Shown: one piece after another, positions 10,039 to 18,032 of the stretch
Position numbering within the stretch: the first letter of the stretch is position 1
Layout: the number at the start of each line of letters is the position of its first letter
The notes under the pieces: generated by a model
Seen by the model: the letters and a program-made list of their open reading frames with translations, nothing else
What the model was told of the DNA's origin: nothing
The model's database searches: none
NCBI GenBank assembly: GCA_964650355.1
Contig: CAZYTL010000004.1
Location: forward strand, 67,912-131,911
Direction: 5' to 3'
Origin: an uncultured Gammaproteobacteria bacterium
GTDB taxonomy: Bacteria > Patescibacteriota > Microgenomatia > CAYXHB01 > CAZYTL01
Length of the DNA: 64,000 nucleotides
Program-made: the position numbers and the translations under genes

Positions 10039-10766
10039 GCCCCATGGATATTAAGGCCCTTCAACTCGTTTCCCGCTTCGCTTATTCACCCAACAAATTA
10101 GGTTACTGTGGCTTAAACTCAGCCAACGCCGCCTTTTCCAAATGTCTCGTTAACGGTGACTGTGATCAGGTACCCCAAGAAATAACTCATTTCCAGGGCC
10201 TCCACCCCTATCTCAAAACCATCGCCCAGGTATCAAACAAACATTTTCTTGACTACCAGGTTGTCGAAGCCTATTGGTTGGGTAACGATCAACTAAAAAA
10301 ATTCCAACCCCAACACTACCAAATCCTGATCGACAACCTTCAGGCCCAGGGTTTGCCTGACTTCTTTATTAAAGACGTCAAAAGCCATCCACCCAAAGTC
10401 TTCATTCCTCTCCACATCTTCAACGTCCTCCATATTGGCGTCGGCCGCATTACCGGCTCCGTACCGTTTAACCTCGACTCCATCAATCACTGTATGATCC
10501 GCTGGGGCAAAGTCACCCAAATCAATCCTTCAAAAGCTCAAGCCACCATCAAACTCAAACAATTAAAATACAAGTCAAAAACTAATCATTATCAACTAAT
10601 AACTAATAACGATAGCGAAACCGTCTCCTATGAACCACTCTTCCTTCCCGATTTGAAAATTAACCAGACCGTGGCCGTTCACTGGAAACAAATCACTAAA
10701 ATTCTTACCGCTCGAGAAACCCGTAACCTCTCTCACTGGACCAAAACCATTCTAGATTCTCTCTAA
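10002..10766 (+). CDS. Hypothetical protein, about 240-254 aa
   Basis: Long ORF. The 5' end overlaps the heptamer repeats; the true start may be the internal ATG near 10044 (MDIKALQ). Confidence 0.5.
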   Translation: MILDTQCLIHDTSPMDIKALQLVSRFAYSPNKLGYCGLNSANAAFSKCLVNGDCDQVPQEITHFQGLHPYLKTIAQVSNKHFLDYQVVEAYWLGNDQLKKFQPQHYQILIDNLQAQGLPDFFIKDVKSHPPKVFIPLHIFNVLHIGVGRITGSVPFNLDSINHCMIRWGKVTQINPSKAQATIKLKQLKYKSKTNHYQLITNNDSETVSYEPLFLPDLKINQTVAVHWKQITKILTARETRNLSHWTKTILDSL

Positions 10767-11696
10767 ATTTCGACTCCTTAACCGCAAAGACCTACCTTCT
10801 GCCACAGCCACAAACAATCCCACTCCCGAGATAATCAATCCCGCCTGTAACCCCATCTCCCATGTCCACTGATGGGTCACAAAAATAGCTGATAACACAT
10901 TCGTTACCAAAGTCGCCCCCACCAAAATAGTCGCTACCAATATAACCGGCGCCATCTTTAACGCCCGATACCAAGCCATCAATGTCGATACTAAGGTAAT
11001 CATAGTCACGAGCATCCATAAAAACTGATCCACAGACAAACTCAAAACTTGCCCTATAAACCCAGGATACATCCAAAATGACATGCTTAATAGAATTATC
11101 GATCCTATTCCTAATCTGAAAGCAATAATCAAATCCGGATCCACCTCCTTCACTACTAGTTTAATAATCATCTGTTCCACTGCCCATAAAACAGTTGCCC
11201 CCAGCACCATCAACTCCCCTGTAGAATATTTGAAACCTTCAAATCCTCCCACCACCAAATTACTCCCAAACAAAATTACTATTGCCAGTATCTGCAGCCC
11301 GGACAACCTTTCCTTTAATAAGGGCCATGTTAACAATGCTACCCACAACACCAAACTCTTATGAATCAAAGCCGCATTTATTGCCGGGATCTGCGCCAAT
11401 CCGGTAAAAAACAAATAAAAAGGTACCGCCCCCCCAACTACTCCAATCAGCACCAAACCAATAATATTCTGCTTTGCAGAACCTAATTTCTTTAGATCTC
11501 TCCATTTACCACTCATCACTATCCAGCTAATCACCAATAGCGCCACCCCTGTATTCTTAGTCGCTGTAAACACCAAAGGCGGCTGAATCGCCCCCACCGC
11601 AAACTTATTCACAAAAATCGCCACCCCTGAAATCAGTGCCGCTAACAATGCCCAATAAACACCTTTCTTTAACCTCATACCTTCTTTATATAACAC
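10752..11696 (-). CDS. DMT-superfamily (EamA-like) transporter
   Basis: About ten predicted TM helices with a two-fold repeat typical of EamA domains. Confidence 0.7.
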   Translation of the reverse strand: MLYKEGMRLKKGVYWALLAALISGVAIFVNKFAVGAIQPPLVFTATKNTGVALLVISWIVMSGKWRDLKKLGSAKQNIIGLVLIGVVGGAVPFYLFFTGLAQIPAINAALIHKSLVLWVALLTWPLLKERLSGLQILAIVILFGSNLVVGGFEGFKYSTGELMVLGATVLWAVEQMIIKLVVKEVDPDLIIAFRLGIGSIILLSMSFWMYPGFIGQVLSLSVDQFLWMLVTMITLVSTLMAWYRALKMAPVILVATILVGATLVTNVLSAIFVTHQWTWEMGLQAGLIISGVGLFVAVAEGRSLRLRSRNLERI

Positions 11697-11785
11697 ACGA
11701 CACCAAATTAACCTTCTTCAATTATTCAGTCTTCAATCTATATCCTATCTCTCTAATTTCTACTCTCTACTTCCTAATTCCTAAT

Positions 11786-12082
11786 CTATTCTTCCGGCCA
11801 CACTTGTTTCCCTGTCTCTGTGTCCACAATCACAATCGCCTTTGTTGGGCACGACTGTGCAGCCATCGCAATATTCTCCGGAGTGTCTGTACTTTCTTCC
11901 TTCACCACCGCTTTTTGAAACTCATCCAATTCAAACGTCAACGGAGAAATCGCAATACATGAAGCCGCCGCAATACACTTATCCCGAATCACCTTTACCT
12001 TATATTTTCCCACCTGCACAAATTTATCCCCATTCTCATCCGTCTGCACTTGCGGTTGTTGATTACCTTGATCATCAGCCAT
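11786..12082 (-). CDS. Small ferredoxin-like iron-sulfur protein
   Basis: 98 aa with Cys motifs CIAAASC...SCP, resembling single-cluster ferredoxins. Confidence 0.6.
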   Translation of the reverse strand: MADDQGNQQPQVQTDENGDKFVQVGKYKVKVIRDKCIAAASCIAISPLTFELDEFQKAVVKEESTDTPENIAMAAQSCPTKAIVIVDTETGKQVWPEE

Positions 12083-12164
12083 AATACTAATGTAAGCAAT
12101 CCCTCATCATTCGTCAAGCCCTGTTTATAATCATCTGCTTCTCTTCCGGATCCTCTTAATCATA

Positions 12165-12863
12165 TCACCCAAACGCTTCATGATAAATCCTGTTCTCCGG
12201 TACCCCGATCTGTTTGGCCAACTCCACACTTTCCTCAATCATCTTCGGATTCCCGCAAATGTAAACGGCCAACTTTGATCCGTCCTGATAATCCCCCTTC
12301 ACCAACTCCGTGATGTGCCCACAATCTCTTCTCCATGAATCATCCGGCTTTGATAAACACGGCACAAAAGTAAAATTGCTGAACCGAATTGCCATGTCGT
12401 CAAAATACTCATGCAAAAAAATGTCCCCGCAAAATCTTAGTCCGAAATACAACTTAATTGGTCTTTGCTCGTGTATTCGAAATAGCAACTGCTCAACCAT
12501 CGACTTCAATGGAGCAATTCCCGAACCTGTTCCTAAAAACACCATCTCTTCCGCCCCGTCATCCATTTTCAATTTAAAATTACCCATCGGCCCCATAAAC
12601 TCCAACACATCACCCTCCTGCAAATTATGGACAAAATACGATCCCTCGTGTCCGGGCTTAATATCCACAATCAACTCCATCCTATTTCCGTCAGGCAAAG
12701 AAGCAATCGAATAGTCCCGAATGTCCCTGTCATCTACCTTAATAGCAATAAATTGCCCTGGTTCAAACTGGAACTCATGCTCTTCTGTTTCCAAAGTAAT
12801 CACATGGAATGTGCTCGCCGGATTCTCAACCTTCACCACTTTCGCTTTCTTAAACTCTGGCAT
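12165..12863 (-). CDS. Ferredoxin-NADP reductase-family FAD/NAD(P)-binding oxidoreductase, possibly the hydrogenase/sulfhydrogenase gamma-like partner
   Basis: RDYSIAS (RxYS FAD motif) and GTGSGIAP (NAD(P)-binding GTGxAP). The link to the hydrogenase is inferred only from proximity. Confidence 0.7.
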   Translation of the reverse strand: MPEFKKAKVVKVENPASTFHVITLETEEHEFQFEPGQFIAIKVDDRDIRDYSIASLPDGNRMELIVDIKPGHEGSYFVHNLQEGDVLEFMGPMGNFKLKMDDGAEEMVFLGTGSGIAPLKSMVEQLLFRIHEQRPIKLYFGLRFCGDIFLHEYFDDMAIRFSNFTFVPCLSKPDDSWRRDCGHITELVKGDYQDGSKLAVYICGNPKMIEESVELAKQIGVPENRIYHEAFG

Positions 12864-12958
12864 ATAATCCTAGCTTACCGTAAAATTAGCTATTTGCAAC
12901 TACTACCTCCTTCCTCCTCCTATCAATGAGCTAACAGCTATAAGCTAAAAGTTGATTC

Positions 12959-13772
12959 TCATCCTCTCCACTCTCTAATCGCCTTTTCATAATTTCTAGG
13001 CGTCGACACTTCATACCAGTCACCCTCAAAAGTAAACCCCGCTAACTTGCCATCCTTTACTAATTTAGGGAACACATCATTGTCCAAATCAGCCTTTCCT
13101 CGTACCGGAATATAGTCAAACACCTCCGGACTAAACACATAAAAACCTGCGTTAATCAAATTTGCCGTCTTCTCAGACGATTTTTTCAAAAATTTCACAA
13201 TTCGCTCTCCTCTCAACAGCACCATTCCGTACCCCTCAGTTTCCGCCTTCGCCGACAAAGCCATCGTCGCCACATATCTTTCTTCTTGGTGATAATTCAT
13301 CAGCTCTCTGAGGTCGATCTTTGCCAGCACGTCCCCATTCACCACCAAAAACGGCTGCTGTTTAATTAATTGAAGTGCATTTCTAATCGCTCCCGCACTT
13401 CCCAATTCCTGCTTTTCCTCGCTATATCTGATCCGCATTCCCCACTTCCTCCTTAATCTTATCTCCCAAATGACCGATAGCCAAAATCACCTCTCTGATT
13501 CCCGCTTCCTGCAGCATTTCCAGTGTGTATTCGATTACCGGTTTCCCTCCCACAGGAATCAAAGCCTTCGGCACTTCATAAGTCAACGGCCGCATCTTCA
13601 CCCCTTGCCCCCCTGCCAGCACCACAGCCTGAGTCACCTTAGGATTCAATACCTGCGACAGCAAATACTCGATCGCGTGTGACCGGTTACGGATCTTCAC
13701 GCCGTCAATCACCTCATCCAATCTCTGCAGCACATCCCCCCGCAAAGTAATAGTCAATCTTTCCCTATCCAT
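12959..13772 (-). pseudogene. Sugar-phosphate nucleotidyltransferase with N-terminal ribbon-helix-helix (CopG/NikR-like) domain, split by a +1 frameshift in a C4 run near 13440 (pseudogene or sequencing artefact)
   Basis: The upstream ORF (13422..13772) carries an RHH-like RLTITLRGDVLQRLDEV...NRSHAIEYLL plus AVVLAGGQGVKMRPLT (the GxGxR NTP-transferase motif). The downstream ORF (12959..13438) continues with EEKQELGSAGAI. Removing one G from GGGG on the coding strand restores ...EEVG-MRIRYSEEKQELGSAGA. Confidence 0.6.
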
Positions 13773-13879
13773 AGCCTATATTATATCATCAATCAAATTC
13801 TTTTACTTTCGAGGGTATCTTTTAATAGTGATTCAATCCCCACAATCAACCACCCCAGGTAATCCTAATTTAACCAAAA

Positions 13880-14311
13880 TTAAACAAGATGTCTCTCTAA
13901 TGGGACGAACACTCCCCAGATAAATAAACATAACAAAAACGCCAATCCCAAAAACATCGAAAACAAAAGTAAAATTAACGATCTCTTAAAAATCCTTGAC
14001 CATAGTAACGCATCATAAAACCACAACATCAGCCAGCCTATTCCTGGCAATACTTCTCCCATACATGACCATGACCAGGGTTGATGACTGTAACAAGGAA
14101 TATACATCCCGAAAAACATCCTGAACATCTCATAAAAAGCATAAACCACTACCCCAAACAATATCATCAACACCGCCTGTATCTTACTTGGAACTAAAGA
14201 GACCCTTCTTTTCTTGGCAAAAAACCACCCGCTTAATAACCCTCCTATAAAATAAACTCTTACAAACCAGCCCATCAGTTCCCCCACACTAGTAACTTTA
14301 ATAATTCCCAT
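13880..14311 (-). CDS. Small hypothetical integral membrane protein
   Basis: 143 aa, hydrophobic, about 4 TM helices. Confidence 0.45.
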   Translation of the reverse strand: MGIIKVTSVGELMGWFVRVYFIGGLLSGWFFAKKRRVSLVPSKIQAVLMILFGVVVYAFYEMFRMFFGMYIPCYSHQPWSWSCMGEVLPGIGWLMLWFYDALLWSRIFKRSLILLLFSMFLGLAFLLCLFIWGVFVPLERHLV

Positions 14312-14340
14312 TATTCCCTACTTGTTTTCAGGATATAAAT

Positions 14341-15219
14341 CTACATGTACCCCTTCATCAATTCTCCCACATCTCGCTTAGTTGGCAACTGTTCCACCAA
14401 GGGCTTGTCTTTAATCGTCGGAAAATACGATTCCTGAGTCGGCTGTTCCACTTGGTAAAAGATCCCTAACGGAATCTGCTTATCGCCCGGCTTGGCATCC
14501 GGACTCGCCCACTCCAAAGCCTTCGTAAATGCCTTTCCTTTATCCGTCCGGTCATAATCATCCCCCAACCGGTAAATATGTTGTTGAAAAAACAAATGCG
14601 TATACAATTTATTAAACGTCACACACGGCTGCAACACATCCACAACCGCAAACCCCTTATGCTCGGCTGCTTTAACCATTAATTCAGATAAAGAAGGAAT
14701 ATCTCCGGCATATCCTCTGGCCACAAACGTAGCTCCGGCAGCAATCGCCAACGCCAAAGGATGAATCGGCTCATCAGGATTCCCGGCCGGCGTTGATTTC
14801 GACTTAAAATCCTTGGGTGAAGCCGGCGACGTCTGTCCTGTGGTTAGTCCGTAAATCGCATTATCATGAATCACCACCATCAAGTCCTGATTTCGTCTGG
14901 CCGCATGCACAAAATGATTACCCCCCTCAGCCAGACAATCTCCGTCGCCGGTAAACACCACCACATTCAACCGGTGATTAGCAAACTTAATCCCTGAAGC
15001 CACCGGAATCGGCCTGCCGTGCAATCCCTCCACCGCTGAAATCTTCACAAAATTCACAATATGACCGTGACATCCAATCCCGGCCACAATACAAGTATTC
15101 GTATCGTCCCATCCCTGGGCCACACAAGCCTGTTTAAACGCTGCCCAGATCCCAAAGTCCCCGCACCCAGGGCACCAATTCGGTATATTCGGAGTTTGTA
15201 AATTTTGTAGTTCAGTCAT
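14341..15219 (-). CDS. 2-oxoacid:ferredoxin oxidoreductase, beta (TPP-binding) subunit
   Basis: N-terminal WCPGCGDFG and GDGD TPP-binding motifs. Confidence 0.9.
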   Translation of the reverse strand: MTELQNLQTPNIPNWCPGCGDFGIWAAFKQACVAQGWDDTNTCIVAGIGCHGHIVNFVKISAVEGLHGRPIPVASGIKFANHRLNVVVFTGDGDCLAEGGNHFVHAARRNQDLMVVIHDNAIYGLTTGQTSPASPKDFKSKSTPAGNPDEPIHPLALAIAAGATFVARGYAGDIPSLSELMVKAAEHKGFAVVDVLQPCVTFNKLYTHLFFQQHIYRLGDDYDRTDKGKAFTKALEWASPDAKPGDKQIPLGIFYQVEQPTQESYFPTIKDKPLVEQLPTKRDVGELMKGYM

Positions 15220-15224
15220 AATCT

Positions 15225-16997
15225 TTATAAAACGCTTTTAACTTTTTTCACAATTTCTCCGGGATAAATCGGCCTCCCATCATACTTCAGCAAATCATCC
15301 AAAATATCAACTCCCGTATGTTGCTTGATCCACCCTCCCATCTGTCCACTAAAGTTACACTCCACATCAATTAAATATTTCGCCCTCAACAACTGCTGCA
15401 TTACCTCTTGAACAGGAAACGGATTGATCCAAGTCAAATGCAAGTAGTTCACCACGTCTTCGCTTTCATGATTTAAGACTTTCATCGCCTGTAAAATAGC
15501 TCCTTTATTACTACCCCAAGACACAATCGTCACCCGAGCATCTTTGTGCCCATACAACTTAGGTGCTTCCATGTCCTGCTCCCTGCACGTCTCTAACTTT
15601 CTCATCCGTTTAGTCATCTGCTGCATCCGATTTTCCGCATCTTCATCCGAATATCCGGAAGGACTATGTTCGTCCGAATTAACCGTCACGTGGTTACCCA
15701 CTCCCGGAATACTTCGTTCAGAAATCCCGTCTTCGGCCAAAGCGAATCGCCCATAACCTTCAACCTTTTCCATTACCAGCTTCCCTCGGTCCACCTCGTA
15801 GCCGTCGGAGTTAAACGGTGCAAAACTCTGATGGCTCTCACACATCATCTTGTCAATCAACACCACTACCGGAGTCTGATATTTCTCAGCTAAATTAAAT
15901 GCTTTCATCGTCAAATGAAAAGCCTCTTCCGCATCTCCCGGCGCTAACACAATCCTGGGAAACTCCCCCTGATGAGCATGCAACACAAACCGCAAATCCC
16001 CCTGTTCAGTCCAAGTCGGCAACCCTGTTGCCGGCGCCCCCCTCATTCCCATCACAATCACCACCGGCGTTTCCGTCATCCCTGCCAACCCATAACCTTC
16101 AGTCATCAAGCAGAATCCCCCGCCTGATGTGGCCACCATCGACCTCACTCCGGCATACCCTGCCCCAACCGCCATATTTATTCCCGACAACTCGTCTTCA
16201 GGTTGCTTATACACAAATCCGTACTTCTCCTGCCAAGGTGCCAACGCGTGCAAAATATTCGAAATCGGCGTCATTGGATAAATCGCCGCAAACTGCATTC
16301 CTCCCGCCACCGCCCCCAAAGCCACCGACTCATTCGCCGTCACCACCATTCTTTCTCTTGACTCTTGTTTCTCGCTTCTTGAATCTGGTATCACCACTCT
16401 AATTCCCTCATTAAAATGTTCCAATACATAATCATACCCCGCCTTAGCCACTTTTTGATTCTCATCAATAATCTCCTGCTTCTTATCGCTGAACTCCTCC
16501 GCAATCATCTCATTCAAATGCTGCAAGTTTCCTCCCAATAGCGCCATCGTCGCTCCCAAAGCCACCGTATTCCGCATCACTTCCAACCCGCCTAAATCCT
16601 TGGCAATCTTCACTAATGGCACCGGAAACAAATCCGCCTTATCGCTCAATTTACTCACATCTATATTCTGCTCCGAGTTATACAAAATCCCTGGCTTCAC
16701 CTGCTTACCTCCCGCCTCGTACGAGGCTAGTTCATCTTTATGCAGTTCAATCGTCTCGGCATTCAACGCCACCAAAAAATTAGTGTCTTTTACTGGAGCC
16801 GTCACCGGCTCTTTACCTACCACCACTTGCATCACGTTATGTCCCCCCCGCACAATCGAGGGATACTCAGTATAATCATAAATCTCATATCCCGACCTGG
16901 TGGCAATCTTTGAAAACGTCAACCCTGCAGACATGATCCCGAACCCCGCCGGACCCCCTATCTTAAACGAAAACAAACCCTTCATATCTTTCACCAT
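15225..16997 (-). CDS. 2-oxoacid:ferredoxin oxidoreductase, alpha subunit with fused N-terminal gamma domain
   Basis: 590 aa; N-terminal FKIGGPAGFGIMSAG (gamma domain) followed by the alpha domain. Adjacent to the beta subunit with a 6-nt gap. Confidence 0.9.
   Translation of the reverse strand: MVKDMKGLFSFKIGGPAGFGIMSAGLTFSKIATRSGYEIYDYTEYPSIVRGGHNVMQVVVGKEPVTAPVKDTNFLVALNAETIELHKDELASYEAGGKQVKPGILYNSEQNIDVSKLSDKADLFPVPLVKIAKDLGGLEVMRNTVALGATMALLGGNLQHLNEMIAEEFSDKKQEIIDENQKVAKAGYDYVLEHFNEGIRVVIPDSRSEKQESRERMVVTANESVALGAVAGGMQFAAIYPMTPISNILHALAPWQEKYGFVYKQPEDELSGINMAVGAGYAGVRSMVATSGGGFCLMTEGYGLAGMTETPVVIVMGMRGAPATGLPTWTEQGDLRFVLHAHQGEFPRIVLAPGDAEEAFHLTMKAFNLAEKYQTPVVVLIDKMMCESHQSFAPFNSDGYEVDRGKLVMEKVEGYGRFALAEDGISERSIPGVGNHVTVNSDEHSPSGYSDEDAENRMQQMTKRMRKLETCREQDMEAPKLYGHKDARVTIVSWGSNKGAILQAMKVLNHESEDVVNYLHLTWINPFPVQEVMQQLLRAKYLIDVECNFSGQMGGWIKQHTGVDILDDLLKYDGRPIYPGEIVKKVKSVL
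16354..16388. repeat. Heptanucleotide tandem repeat inside the OFOR-alpha coding sequence (encodes DSRSEKQESRER)
   Basis: Read directly: TCTCTTG ACTCTTG TTTCTCG CTTCTTG AATCTGG. Confidence 0.7.
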
Positions 16998-17040
16998 ATC
17001 AAATTACCACCAGCCCTACAACCACCAGCACCACAAAAAC

Positions 17041-17901
17041 TTAACCCCCATTTCCCGTGGGACCTCTCTTACTCATTACCGCCAGCCTTCTCTTCTTCAT
17101 CACCGACACCTGCAATACCAACCTCAGCACCAACACTCCCAACCCGAATATCACTACAGGTAAACTTAGCGGCGGCAGACCTTTATTCCAGTGAACCAGC
17201 CAATCCTGCCACACCACCACCCGTTTGATTCCGAAATGAATGATGGTGAGAAAATAAGCCGCATAACCCACCCGCAACAATCTCCGCCACCACAGTCCTA
17301 ATCTTCTTATCGACCAATTATTGGAAATCGCCGCCATCATAGTAAAAATCACCAAAGCTACCAAGCCACTCACGAAGGCCCAAATATTCGATAAAGTAAA
17401 ACTGCCCACCATCGGCCAATTAAAATACAAATCAAAAATTCCGCTGTCTCCCAACCTCAGCCAGTCTCTTATCATCAGTAAATTAAAATAATTTACCAGC
17501 CCAAATAAGCTATGTAACAACGCATACGCAAATCCTACTACTCCCAAATATCGGCGATAAATAATATATCCGTCAGCAAAATCCCAAAAATAAGCCAATC
17601 CGCTCAAAGCCATCGATAACCCCATTACCAGGAACCCGGCAAACCCGGCAGCCTGATTAAACAACACCAGCGACTCTTCCGATACTGACATATACAAATA
17701 CCCACTGCACAAACAGAATACCAACCCCGAAAACAAAAACGCCTTGGCCCATAATTTCAAAGTCGGGTGCTTATGAGGCCGGGTATCCACGTGATGCTCT
17801 TCTGGCTGTCCGCTGGTATTTGACGGGTTCTGCAAAACTGACAACTTAACAACCTTCTCCGCAATCTGCTGTCCTGTTTGAGTCTGACTCGGTTCGTCCA
17901 T
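17041..17901 (-). CDS. Integral membrane protein, possibly with a ferric-reductase-like transmembrane domain
   Basis: 286 aa, multiple TM helices; His-containing helix GFAYALLHSLFG. Weak. Confidence 0.45.
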   Translation of the reverse strand: MDEPSQTQTGQQIAEKVVKLSVLQNPSNTSGQPEEHHVDTRPHKHPTLKLWAKAFLFSGLVFCLCSGYLYMSVSEESLVLFNQAAGFAGFLVMGLSMALSGLAYFWDFADGYIIYRRYLGVVGFAYALLHSLFGLVNYFNLLMIRDWLRLGDSGIFDLYFNWPMVGSFTLSNIWAFVSGLVALVIFTMMAAISNNWSIRRLGLWWRRLLRVGYAAYFLTIIHFGIKRVVVWQDWLVHWNKGLPPLSLPVVIFGLGVLVLRLVLQVSVMKKRRLAVMSKRGPTGNGG

Positions 17902-18032
17902 AACTCCAATTTAACCTACCAGGTATCTCATCGCAATCTCCTAGCCCTTACTCTTTAGAGTAACATCCTTCTTATAAAATTCCGAAATCCTCAAACTTTA
18001 GTATACAATGAATTCAATCCCCAACTCTCTTC

